A DNA stretch of 64,000 bases from Phoronis australis (taxonomy: Eukaryota; Animalia; Phoronida). Positions 1-13,300 of this stretch are shown here, in pieces. A model generated the notes under the pieces. The model was not told the origin of the DNA. It made no database searches and worked only from the letters and a program-made list of their open reading frames with translations. The number at the start of each line of letters is the position of its first letter. Position 1 is the first letter of the stretch. The position numbers and the translations under genes are program-made. The DNA is taken from the NCBI GenBank assembly GCA_002633005.1, contig NMRA01000209.1, forward strand, positions 186,001-250,000, given 5' to 3'.

Positions 1-1115
1 GCCAACGCAGTTTTTGTAACTTGAAGTGCGAGTACGTTTTTGGGACACCATGTAAATTTCATCGTAAACATCCATTGTTGCTTTGCAACTATCTACGGTA
101 CTGAATTATTGCACGTGCAGAGCACGTGAAAGTGGGGCCTCAAGGGCATGACTCCATAGACATCATAGTATTAGATGTCTATGTACGATTCATTTTACCT
201 CATTTGCGTTGTAGTGCTTGAATACCAAGGTTTCAGTCGGCCCAGCTTCCGGCTTGTACGGTACTCGTCCAATCCCTGACGGAAGCCAAGAAAACGGTCC
301 AGTTATCAGAGCAAAAGAAGACACATAATTTAAAGGTAGCTTTGAAATTTCTGATTTTTTTGTTGCTGGGTATTGCCTCGTTGAAGACGTTGTCGCAGAA
401 TTAGCTAAAAATACAACACTCACGACAGAATCACCATCTCCTATTGACAGGCTGCAATGGCGAATCCAGTCGCAGATGAATTGTGTAAAATTAAGAACGT
501 AAACTTGCTGTTTCAAAAAATCTCAAACGGCATTTATAGTATGGCAATTTGGTTTTGAATGATAATTTTGTGTGACCATAGACTACACTCAGGGACCAGA
601 AGAAGTACGCGCAGTGGATTTTGGGAAATTACCATATTCGCTCCAGGCGAAGCAAAAACACTGGCAAGAAGCCTAGAAAAAAAGATGCCAGCTCGCAGTT
701 GTTGTAGGCCCACTACACTCGTTCACACTGCACACATTTAAATCTTGTTTCCGCCGTATAATGTTAATTACCGGGGTTAATTAATAAACTCAACATTTCC
801 CTACGCTCTTGCTGTTTTATTTTTTGCGGCAGCCAAGAGGGGGGGGGGCCTGCCCCCTCTAAATCTGCCTATGATTTTACTTGGATAGTTGTAACTTATA
901 AAACGGGCAGTGATCGAAGTAAACAAAATCAAGGCAACTCCGATCCAGTGGCTTAAGCCCAAAAACGTTCAATGCATAGAAAGCGTGTGCAAGTGGTAGC
1001 AATGTGATCGACCAAGCATGCGCATTGATGCCCACACACGGAATTCCGTGTGTCGTTCATCATGTTTCCACAAGGCCACTTTTCAGTATAGGTGGGGCTG
1101 TGTTAGAGGGTACTG

Positions 1116-1184
1116 CTCGTTGGTTCCCTACGTGCCTTGCCAGCATGCTGGTTAAAACCTAGCGGCACGCAGGGAACCAACGAG
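1116..1184. repeat. Near-perfect inverted repeat (21-bp arms)
   Basis: CTCGTTGGTTCCCTACGTGCC / GGCACGCAGGGAACCAACGAG (20/21); the loop contains the palindrome CCAGCATGCTGG. Confidence 0.85.
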
Positions 1185-3117
1185 AGGGTGTTGTACTAGT
1201 TGCATCATCAGTTTACGCCTGGTGTCGACTTCTTTGGGCGTGTTTTTAAACGATTAAAAGCACGTTTTATGAGAAGCATTTTAGTAAAACGAACGTGTAT
1301 ACGAAATTCACTAGATGTCGCCAGTGAAGCAAGGGACCTTCACGAAAAAATGTCAGCGTTCAGCCAATCTCGGACTTGGGCCCCATGCTGACGAACTACA
1401 TTCTGACTGAGAAGCCGATGGTTGAGTTACGTGTACTGTATGAGTGATTATCCGTTTTTAAACGTATCGCAGCAACTGAGATGATTTCAAAATAAGTGAA
1501 TAACTCTGAAAAGTATTAGGCCTACGCCAAGCGTAATTAAAGCGCTCGAGACGAGCATTGACCATGAACAAATTCAGAGACGTGACGCATGTATTGTTAG
1601 AAAGTCAACTTTATCATAGACCTAAGGGTATACCATAGCGTTGACTTATAAAATGTTGGTTAGATACGTGTTTTTGACTTTTAAGATATTAACCTCTAGG
1701 TATTCCATGTATATTGAATGTGCATGTCATCAATGGGCCTGTGACCAAATGATGCAGGAACTGTGAAATCTGCAAAACGACTTGAACATTCCACGGCACA
1801 CCTTACCATTGAGGCACTTATGCTGTTATAAAGACACAGTTAATTTCACAGCAGAAAAACACTCCGTGGCTCCTTTTTGAGTAGGCTTGACAGTTTGAAG
1901 TTGGACCGGAGTAATAAAGCAACAAAATCTGTAGTGTTTTTTCTTTGCGATTTAATAACGAAATTGGCGATTCCTAGCAAAGGCTGCCAGTCAAACCGAT
2001 CTGAAATCCAGGCGGCGACATCATCAGGCGTTGCGTTGCTTCGTAGGCGTTGTGAAAATGGCCAACGCAGGTAGTCTGGGTTCTGATAACACTTATGTGA
2101 GAAAACCACAGGCTTGAATCTCCAAAGTGTATACGAGGGAAAGGGGCACATTAAACATGGAGGAGCAACCGAGCGCTGGACTGCCGTGCGAGATGCGTTC
2201 AACATTTTCAGAAATGCCAAGCTTTGGTAGACAGCCCGGTAGATTTGCATTCTTCTCCCGTCCTCCAGAAATAACCTAACAATAATTCATGCTTACTTTT
2301 GGCTGATTTTAAGCGTAAACTTACAAAGGCACTTTTCAAAAGCTTATTGTGTTTTCTGTCAGTAACCGACTAGAATCCCTCACTGAGTCTCAAAACAATT
2401 TCGAATGATTTCGTCCAGCTAGTCGGCATAATGATGCAAAATTCATTTTCCCAAACGGCAAATGCGTTTTGATAACCGGACAACCTGATATAATTATAAT
2501 TGCTAGCACGTGCATTTTTGAAGGGTAACTGTAACCAGAGTACATTGATTTTGGACATCATGCCAGATCTCTAAGATATGTGTCAGCCCCCCCAACTTAA
2601 AGTCCTGGATCCGCCCCTGCATACACGAGAGAAAACCAGTGTTTTGATGAAAAAACATCTTGCAACTGTTGAAAGGTTGTATGTTGTAAATTGGTGTGCA
2701 TTTTATACGTATTGTCCTCAATTGTATTTCTCAATAAGCAAAAGGAACGCCTATCCTAAAACCTTTGCGCGGCAAAGCTTACCCCGTTTCGTTTGAGTTT
2801 GTGGTTTTAATTATTTCGAAATGTTTGCCAGTGAGAAATTAGTCGGTGTCCTGTTCTTCATTACACAAAATTTGTCACCCATCGAGTATTCAACTGGACG
2901 GGTCGACGCAAATACAGGGGAAGTTGGTGGCGTGTCATCTAATTTTCTTTATGTTTATGGCGAATACACGAATACAACGTAAATGTAAATCTCACCAGCA
3001 TAGTTTTACTTGAAAGTTGAAGCAAAGTCAATAAGTTTTAACTTCTATCGACAAAAAAGTTCTCCTGATAATTTTGAGCACGTTGTGGTTCTTGATGCAA
3101 ACGGGTGAATTAGCAAT

Positions 3118-3227
3118 TTACCAGGGGCATTTAGTTACCCCCTGTGCACCCATTATATGGAGGTTATTTTCATTACCAGGGGCATTTTACCCCTTATTTG
3201 TGCACCCGATATATGGAAGGTATTTTT
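3118..3227. repeat. Imperfect ~54-bp tandem duplication
   Basis: TTACCAGGGGCATTT..TTACCCC..TGTGCACCC..TATATGGA.G.TATTTT x2. Confidence 0.8.
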
Positions 3228-6200
3228 AGTTCATTTGCGTTATAGTGATTCTGACAATTCGTCTTGTAATAGTGATAAGATTACCCGTGTTTGTGCAACT
3301 GCTCACGTGACCAGTCCCCTCAAAATGCGACAGTCCTGTTGTCGGATTTTGACCTATTTTTGCACCCCTGGTTTTAACTTGCTGAATGGGACTGCGACCG
3401 TGTACAATTTTGAGGAATGAAACTATGCAGAGTGGAGAAAACCACTGAGAAAATAAGGTCCGACGGCCAAGACATGTCTACTTCATTTTTACCATCTGAA
3501 ATAATCATCACTAAATGGCCCTCTACTGGCTCCAGCCGGGCTCAACTTTACGGCTAACAAAATTTCGGAGGCAACGTGAATGTTTTTGCTTCGAAATGTG
3601 CACGTGAGTTTTGCACCTTCATCTCAGTGTTGAAACAGCCTACAAGTAGATCTACAGCCGCCTGTGCCAGCTGATAACAAAAGCTAGTTGGCACGTCACA
3701 AACTACCGCCATGAAATACCGATCTCTACAAATTGGCGCAATCGCCCTGTCCTTGTTGTGAAGCAAAGATAGGAAAGTTCTGCGTTTTAGTTCACATCGA
3801 AATGTATTCTGCAGGCTCTGTTTGCCCGACATTACATGAATCTGCAACGGGCACAAACCAAGTCCAACTCCAGTTTCGGCGTGACCAGCATGATATCCCG
3901 ACCATTTAGTTCTACCTATTTGGCAGACTGAATCATATGTTATACCTTTACCTTTGAAGAATTCTTTTTCATCAGTCCCCTTGTCGCCTGCATCTTTCCT
4001 GCTTCTCTTAGCACTCGGAGCAAATGAAGACATGTTGAGCCGGTTGCGTGACCTGTGGTAAACGACTGTGCCCGCACCTCTTGGGTTAAAGGTCAGTCAA
4101 CAGGTAGAGTAAAGCGCCATCTTTACGTGCGAACTTGAACTTGTCGCAGAAGACCGCTGGAGTGCTTTTGCGACTGTTGGCTCCATCTGAAATTGATAAC
4201 ATTTGCATTTATTTCGCTTAAGCGGAATAAATAATAATTTTTTGGGTTTTGACTAAAATTTTTGTATGTCATATTTTTCGAGTCTCTCGTTTACATTTCT
4301 GTGAAGAGGTGAAATTTCAGAACCATTCGAAAATGTCGTCCGACACTTTGATCCGATCATCCCCGGCCTGATAATCCGTTCTCATTTACCAGTGCCCAGC
4401 ACATTTGAATGGTAAAAACTCAAATTGTAGCTGTACACATCCAGTGTGAGTTAGCTATTTAACAATCAGACTTTTGTGCAGTGAAACTGGAGCACATGTG
4501 ATAAACTACTTTAAGACTGCAATGGGTGGGTGCTTATCTTGGTCCACAAGTTCACAGTAAGGCGGTGATAATTTCTAAGTCATGCAGTGATCAATTTCTA
4601 CTCTAAGTTCAGTTGCATAAAACGAAAACGAAATGGTATTTTAGGAAACTAAATCATCGTTTTGGATTTCCATCTTGAACGTTTATGTCAAATGAAATTT
4701 GCTGAGGTTATAGAAACTTATTGCTATGAATGTTTGCACCTTTCTATGTTGCTAAATTTTACAAAAAATATTGCCACGTGCCCACTTAATGGGAGATCGG
4801 TACTAAGTTAAAAATCAAAGTCCACAGATTTTCTTCCTTGAGAAATATGAACATTTACAGAGTCAACTTTTCTTAATTCACAGGTTTGTCGATGAACTTA
4901 ATATTTCTATCGATAGACAGACTAACTTTACAGATATAATCATTAAATCTGTCGATAAAGACAGAACAGGAGAAAAAAATAATACGTGCTGTCCTCTTAC
5001 AGCCACCGTACAAATTAATACACACCCAAAACTGTAATTTACGAAATGTTACTATTCGTGACAGCGATGAGACTAGCATTCTTGTTCTCAAGCAGTGAAA
5101 ACAAAGAAATATTACACCTATCAAGTTGCCGGAGCTTTGCAAATAAGACTGCTGAAATTCAAAGTAAACCAACTTTTATTTGGGATTATCACATCGAAAC
5201 GAACCATGACCTTTGTTCCACGAAAATGAAAACAAAAAAAAAACCGGCAACCGCAGTCTTTAATCAGCCATCGCGGGAAAATTCGACCAGTATCTCCAGA
5301 AAAACCGTCTTTGTGAGACGGCTTGATTTTGTTTAAGTTTACAGGTATTTTGCTGATGAAAAAAATGAAAACTTTCTATAGTGATAATTTCAATTCAAAA
5401 CCAATAAAAAGTGGTAAAAAGATACGATTCACCAATGTTAAAACTCAATCGATTTCTTGACGAAAAGATAATTCAATCGTTAGGGTTGATCACGAAGTTA
5501 GGGTCACGGCGGTTGTTTACCCGAAGGAAAATTCGATACCGTCAACGATCTTTACCTGGGAAACAAAGTTGTTGTTAATAAATGTTTTGAGAGTCGCCGA
5601 GAGACGAACAATGACAAACCCAAGCTCACAGCGTGTAATAACACCGAATGCATTGTGGCAGTGTTTTGCTTTGGCAACATCGAACCAACACGCTTTGACA
5701 AGGCTGCGTAAATCCTCTATTTCAAGTTCCAAAGTCCGAACGCAATGAGTGATCGACAGGTGATGACGCCTTAAAATATCTGTTTCAAACTGGTCACCAT
5801 TTTAAGGCATCAGTGGCCGATTGCATGAAACAGTCCCAAATAGGCCGCGGTTACTCTAAAAGTTCCTTGAGTCTTCTGCGCGCCGCCGGTGTCTTTTTCA
5901 GTCACAAGTTAGTGTTATGTTGTTCTAGCACTATATCTTTTTTGTGAGCTCCTCTCATCAACGACATTTTGTAACAGTGTATGTGAAAACTGGAGCGTTA
6001 TTTCAATGAAAATGAACAGAGACCTTTTCATTTCACTTCCCTAATTTAAGGGCTGGACATGATTATTTTAAATACTGCTGCGGATTTAACGTCGATTTTA
6101 CTCTCGTTTTGTTTTAAACCTAAAAGCGACTTAGAAATGCGGATAAAACGCATTAGAAAGGATAAATCACTTATTGCAAAAATCCACAAGTGCGGTGGAA

Positions 6201-8544
6201 GTTACGGAACATAGGTGCGTCCGTATTTGGGACTTGTATGCAACCGGCCACGAGTGTCATTAAGTGTTACATGTGCATGTAGTTCTTCACAAAGTTCTCA
6301 ATATATTAATGCGCGATTCACGATTACGACGTGGATTAATACACAAGACCCGCAGTGCAGCGTGATATGCGAAGTTCTGCACCTTCAAATTCCGTCGAAT
6401 GCCTGTGACATGATATGCCGACCGAGAACACACCACGTTTTGTGATGCAGTCAGTTCACTATTGAGTTTTCCTGAACGTTGTCGATCACTTTTTTGCCCA
6501 CCTTTGCGTACCGGTGTATTCGGTCTTTTAACCTCCTGTTCACCAATAAGCGTGATTTTTACACCTCCCGGCAATTACACTAGAAGGCCCTGTTTATACA
6601 AACTGTTTTAGTGATACAAACAAACCAATTAATAATAGCGTAAGTCAAATAAATGGTCTTGCTGCTGTACGATACATGTTCTTACATAGGGTTGTTCCCA
6701 TACGGCAAAATATTTCAACGCGTTTAAAGATTGCAAAAAATATTTGTATCCTTTCAAATTTTAATGATTAGTTTTTGGAGACTTATTTGTGTCTCCATAT
6801 GCTTTGTTAAAAGACGCACGGTGCGTTTCAACTGCACCACTTAGAGGGAAAACTATCTTTTTTACAACTGGAAAAAGGAAATGTTGAAATTATTGTTGGT
6901 TGGGGTAGATTTTTTGGAAGTTAATAGCTTTAAGCAGACCTATGAAGCAATAGAAGTCCGGCGTGTTTTTATGACTCTATTTCAAATCGCCTATTTTCGC
7001 CCTTATCCGCCAGACATTCACTGAAGTCAAAGCCAGGTGACTAACAGTACTCAAATGAAGTCGTATGGAGGTCGCAAGCTATTGTTTAAGTTATGAGATC
7101 TAGGCGACGGAAGCAAACGCGTCAGGTCGCACGGTTATCGCCTATGGGACGCTACCGTAATTTTTTTCCTTAATTTGTTGCGTCTTTGTTTGATATACCA
7201 ATACAGGTCGCAGATATCGTACCTTGGGCGCACATCAGCCTGTTACCGATAAATGCTTACCGTTATCTTTATTATAATAAAGAAAAACAAAGTGAACAAT
7301 GGATACGCCTATCTACCATTATCTATGCGACGTGTTTGAGACCTAGTTTCCCGGGGGAATTTTGTGCTTTAGCGAGGAGAGATTTGACTACGAGCGCTAA
7401 GGCACACGCTTCGAATTTAAACTAGGCCTAATTTAAGCAAGTCGTTTTTCGATAATGTCACTTTTAGAAAAAAGCTTCCCCGCATCAATTTCAACTCGCT
7501 AAGTCTCGAATGTATTTTTTCAAACTCCACAAAACGTTTTGAACACTGTGAGTTACGAAGTCTGTCACTAAAACCTAATGTATCGTCCATCGCACGACTA
7601 CTGTCGGGCCTCACCTCCCAGTAACACGAAGAGCATAGGCAATGGCGTCATTGCACTAGTGAAGCTGGTGGAGATGAAACAAAAGAAATCCCTGCAAGCA
7701 ATTTTGCTAGCTCATTTCACTAAGTAGAAGTTTTGAAACATGGTCAACTAAGAAAATACCGAACAACTGCATCAATTAAAAAACAAAACTTAGCAGAACC
7801 AACTTTGTTTTTTTGCCCAACTTATATTTATGCCTTGAGGGCACATGGTTTACATGTAGAAATGATTAAATAGTATTGATCATGGTATGGTAATGCTAAA
7901 GCTAATGCCAAGACAGCTAGTCATTAGAATTGGCTTGTCGGCCAGTTTTGATCGAAGAAGGCCCCTTTCGATTTCACCAGGTTACTGTAGGTTTCAGAAA
8001 AGTTGACGAATTTCATCGACTTTGGCTTAGTCGAAACTATAGCCGAAGCCCTGAGAGTAAACAGGCTATAGATGGCATGAAAATTAGGTGGACTTTTTTG
8101 AAAACCGCTACAGGAAAACACTAAAGAGGCCGGTGAATTCCGGCCAAAGCGCGCCGCCATGGTCGGTAACGGCTGCGACGGCAGCAGCAGCGGCAGTAGC
8201 AGCAGCGCCAAGAATAAGAATAAGCTATTTAAGTTGAATTACAGTCAAGGAGTTAAGCCTTATTTGTGGACAACGCTACTGTGTTCGTTGCATGACTCGT
8301 TTGATCTCCCATGTGTACATTTTTGACGGGAGACGGTGTGTTACCCGTTATGAAAACCCCCTGGAAAAACAATCAAAGACGCAGATTACGCGTGTCTCAG
8401 TGAGATATCGCTATACAAGTGGTCGCACTAGCGTTAGCGACTGTCTTGCGTTTACGGAACGCATCCATACATACGGCGTAACCGTTTCCACGAATTGCCT
8501 GGTGTCAAAGTTTATTCGGCTTTTTAAGCATTCACTTTACAGCT

Positions 8545-8615
8545 TTGTGAATGATTCAGGGCACGTTGATACAGTTACGTTGTGAATGATTCAGGGCACG
8601 TTGATACAGTTACGT
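8545..8615. repeat. Perfect 35-bp tandem duplication
   Basis: TTGTGAATGATTCAGGGCACGTTGATACAGTTACG x2. Confidence 0.95.
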
Positions 8616-9149
8616 GTTTTGGCAACGTGTAACAATAGTGGGATTCAGGTAACTTGTTTTTTAGTTTGCTTTGTCTCCTTGGCAACTGCCGGTCATCACA
8701 AAATGGCTATTGTTTACAGTTCATTGGGGTTAACAATGGGAGCGGACAATACCGACCGGTTCATATTCCAGATCTGAACTAATTTAGGTGCTGGGAAAGT
8801 ACCTATTTGTTATTTCCTTGTATCCTGTACGTGTATACTCAGCTGTTAGTCCCAGCGATACATCCCATTGTCTATGTACAAATACATGGGGGCACGGACT
8901 ATAAAGCTGTTGTAATGAATTCAGTGAAATTAAAGGGAAATAAGCGGTTACAATGAAGCATGTCGCATAAAATGCGCAAAATTGAACAAAATTATGTATG
9001 TGCGCGAGATTATCTCAGACCACATTTCAACAGCCGTTCGGGCTTTTTCATCAAAAAGACTTCCATTTTCTTTCGCAAAATCTGCTTTACACTCGACTGT
9101 TGAAGCACATGACCTTCAGGTACAACCTTACTCGCAAGCTCATTTTGCC

Positions 9150-10300
9150 CGGCATGCAATTTTAGAGTTCAGACATGAGGTCCAAAAACTCAGTACTCCG
9201 GTAATAGTTGACCAAAAACTGCATAGGTTGGTAGTTACCATTATCAGAATCTTGGGTTTTCAAAGCGGATTTGACCCAGGTTTTGGAGAACTGGTTATGC
9301 CGACTGTGAGAGACCTTTCGAAACTTTGTGAGACTACACTTGAAACATCATAATTATTTTAAAAATAATTTAAGGATTACACTTAAAATCAATCAAACTA
9401 ACCACGAATGTGAAGCTATTTTTGGAAGACGCGGCTACTGTCCGTGCAAGTAAACAACGTTGTTCCAATGGTCGATTGCGTCCTTAAATCTTTTATTTAG
9501 GTTACTCCTCTTTTTGTCAAATACAGTTGGGAGATTAACCTTTTGCTTTTTACGCCGGCTTTGATCAGCACCGACATACCACCCGCGCCCGACGTACGGT
9601 TTTCTTAGCGCCAAAAAACAGATGAGTTGCGCAGTATAGTTTTTTTGATCCGCTGTTGAATATACGTCCCCCGGCAATTTCGTTAAAAATTGTCCTCTAT
9701 TTGGTTGTCTGAACAATTTTTAGTTTTGTTCTGCCCGTGAAGGCTGCGAATGTATGATTTTTTAGTCTGTTCTGATTGCTAGGTGTTGACCCCTAGACCC
9801 ACTTTTGCTCAGTCGTGGCTTTTCCTAAACCTTTGCTGCTTGCAACCCAGTGGTCGAAATTGAGTAAGAAATTAAAGGTACCCTTCATAATCTTTGAATT
9901 TGTAAAACAATATGACTGTTCCGGTCTACCCCTACCTTTTCACCTCATTTCTATAATCTGGAGGTTTAGCAGTCTGAATTCATTGTCTTTTAGTTCGAAT
10001 GGTGGATTTTGGGCCTGATAAGTGCTGAGTTGGTTTATTTTTGTTCCTTTTTAAGTAGCTGGCTGCACTTCCGGTGTTCGTAAACATGAAAAAATTGACA
10101 GCTTCTATAGGCTTTGTGCAAGATTTTCGAAGTCTTCAACTCATATTTTTAAGTTAATTGCACAGTCACCCTGTGGAACAGAGTGTTGGAGCTGGTATTC
10201 TTCAAAACAGCATAGACCAAAAACAGCGGCAAAACTGCTAGTGCCATCTGATGTGGCCGCCACCTCCCACTTCATGTAACTTTGGAGGCCTTTGTGAGGA
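9150..10300 (-). mobile_element. Degraded hAT-family (ZMYM1/THAP12-like) transposase relic
   Basis: Colinear fragments across stops and frameshifts resemble hAT/DUF4371 motifs: EGYL*FLTQFR (GNFLxLLxFR), PSNQNRL (PxIQNEL), IFNEIAGDV...AQLIC (FSIIADE...EQLSIC), GRGWYVGA (RGQGYDGA), NYYRSTEFLDLMSEL (YYR...FLD...SEL). Boundaries are approximate. Confidence 0.55.
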
Positions 10301-13300
10301 TAGGCCATTTGTAACAAAATCTTGCATACAAAACAAATTGTCCTGTTTTAAAGCTCTATTCAAAGCAGAATATGACTGAATGCGTTCATCATATTCTATG
10401 GTAGTACCCAAAATAATGCTTTTTTTTCTTGCGTGTCCTTGAGAAGAAAGAATTGTTGAAAAGAGAAACGAATTAGAAAATGTTTCTTTGCGAAATAAAT
10501 TAGTGTTTTTTTTTCCAGATATTTTGCAAAACCTTCGTTTTGATAGTTGCTTTGGTTGATTTCCAAATATTCGGCATTTTAAATGGATTTATTACACTTC
10601 ATTATTATTTATGATGCCCGTGAACGATGACAGATGAAAAATTAAGATGTTTTATTTCAGTGGTCAAGAGTTCAGCGCTGTAGCATAGATGACTGTCAGG
10701 AATGAAGGACACGATTTTGTAGATGCAGTGAACGACATTCCACTCGTGATATATTTTGAAAATTTCACCTGTTGTCGACGAGCTGCTGTCTTTTAGTCTC
10801 AGTTAAATGACGCACGTGCGAGTTGTTCCGGGTATAATTTGGGAGGGCCGAGCTAACGCGCGTAGAATGTGCAACAGTCGGTTTTCATTACTACACGTAG
10901 TATCCGTAACCGAAACAACAAACAAAATGTCAGTGAATGGGAAGCAAGAATTTTAGGACTCAAAATTAGGTCCCGATTTCAGAGTCACCAGTTCTGCGTT
11001 AGGTACATTTGCGCAAGGAAAACGTTTGACCAATCGCATAACGTTCTGAGATATCACCAGTCAAAGATGCTCCATCAGTGCTTAAAGATTTGAATCGAAA
11101 AAGGACAGAGAAAATAACATGACACCGCAAAGCACATTTAAATTAAACATAATTCTGAGGTCACGTAGGCCAATTATCCGATAGGCATGCTTTTTCCTAC
11201 AGTGGTATCTGTTCCCAACCAATTTGGATAATTCAATTTCAACGTGAAGCCCAACAGAGTTCGCCCCACGTGAGGAAGTACGACTCCAGTCGTGTTTCCG
11301 TATCGGACACCAAAATCACCATGTAAACGCAGCGGTGTCGAAACGAGAACAAACCGGTTGTATATACGGAACGACATCAACCCGATTTCAGTGAACTGTA
11401 AATAGGGAATGAAAGCCTATGCTGTTTGTTCAGCAAAGATAGTGAATGGGTTGTCGCTGGGAGCAATGGTCCCGCCCTGGCTTAGTGTGTATTCATTCCA
11501 ATCAGTTCCCGACTTTTTAGCCGACGGTGATAAAAGTGTTTACTGTTTACCGGGAAGAAATCATATTATGACGTTTAATTTAATCTCTGGCGCATTCTGT
11601 TTACAATCTAATTTATTGTTAATTGACCTTTATTGTCCGTATCACATGCACCATAAAGCTAAAGTACAAAAGATAAACACTGTTCGTTTTTAATTTACTA
11701 TGTTCTCGTTGAGACATTTTGTGCTATAGAAACCGCTACCGGTCAATCATATACCTTTAGAGACGAATGCGTGTTTTCAGTTATTTTATCCATTATCTTT
11801 TAACTCATGTCGCGGGCTCATCACGCGCGCTTAACTGCAAGAGAACGTAACTAGGCAACGAACAAATGTTAACCGCACCACTAGACGCTGTGTAGCAACT
11901 CGAGCGATAACAGATAAACACGGGACCAAAATTATTATTCGGAACCGTTTGTTAAATACAACAATCGTCCGGGTAACGAAGATTACTCAATGCTTTAAGC
12001 ACTTAGAGAGATGGTTGCGGTGTTGTCGCTAAGGAACGCTTAGCAACCGAGCTTAGCTCAACACCGGTCCTTTGTGAACTTTAGATTTTATCGATAGTTT
12101 ACGAACAAAGCTTGTTATATCACGGAGTGTGTGTTCCTGTGACGAGCCACTTGTTCGCCCTTTGTAATAGGGTTTCACTAAAGAGCATGAGGGTCGCTTG
12201 AAGCTTCAACGTACCTGTGGCTGTGTGGAAGATTTCGGCGAGTCCGCTCGATTGATATTACGTATTATTGGCCAGGTGGGAGTTCTGGGCACCTAAATAA
12301 GCCGTGATTAACTGTTCGGAAACAAGACATTGCGGGACGTTAGTGTGATAAGTCGAATGAAGTTTTGTGCATTTGACAAGGTGAGTCATTTTCACTTTCG
12401 TCGGATGGCTGGGACTCGAGCACACACATGGCCAGTCTTCTGAGATGATTACGGTTTTAGCGATTAACTTGAGCAATCTAATGAGTCGCAGACGGCTGCT
12501 AATGAAAGAATGATCTGATACTCGATGGAGCTGCATTATTTTTCTCCTAATCTTTTAGTGTGATGATGGACATAAACTGTTTTTACGCTGTTTGAACAAT
12601 TCGTTTAAGAAATTGTGGGCGTTAATTGATCTGCCGTCCAACTACATGTTAAGTCACATAATGTTAATTAATAACACGTGGTTAAGAACTGACATTCTTT
12701 CGCATAGTGGTGAGCAAAGGAATTTATGACGGCATGGCTAAAGCACCGAGGACTTCGTAGCACAAGTGAAAAAATGCAATCCTTTATAGTCGTCAAAGTT
12801 ACACGGGTACTCCTGAGACCATTTTTAATCAAGCCCTCGCAGTGTCCGGGCAAAAGGTATAACTTGCCCGAGGTATTCTCTTTTCGCGCCTCCCTGCTCA
12901 AATTACAAAATCCCTTGAAAATTGAGTGCACGCTTCACTTGTCTTGGTCTACATCTTTGGTAGCACACGAGAAGCTTGAATTGATTTTGTGATGGACACG
13001 TTCCAGGTTATTTCAGTGAGAAAGTTATTCAGCAATTTTGGTTCTGATAAGAGTCAATGATTGGCGTCGTCATGGCATAGATAAGCTATTTTACATGTAC
13101 TTTAGTGAGAGGGAGTTCTTGTTTTCCAACAGCACGTCTAAATACAAGGCGTTAGGGTTTGCAATATTGTCGAATTTATACCTGCTTCCGCGAGCTGAAT
13201 TGTCGGCGAGAATTTAAACAGGTTTAAGGGAAGTTAGACACTTTGAATTTTGAAATGTTGGGACTTCATGCCTCACGTAATAGTCAGAAAACTGAACTTC

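Noticed and set aside
8545-8615. 35-bp repeat as a CRISPR array
   Set aside because: Only two adjacent copies, no spacer, no cas genes, eukaryotic context.
8982-9353. 123-aa + strand ORF
   Set aside because: Antisense to the hAT relic and has no recognisable features.
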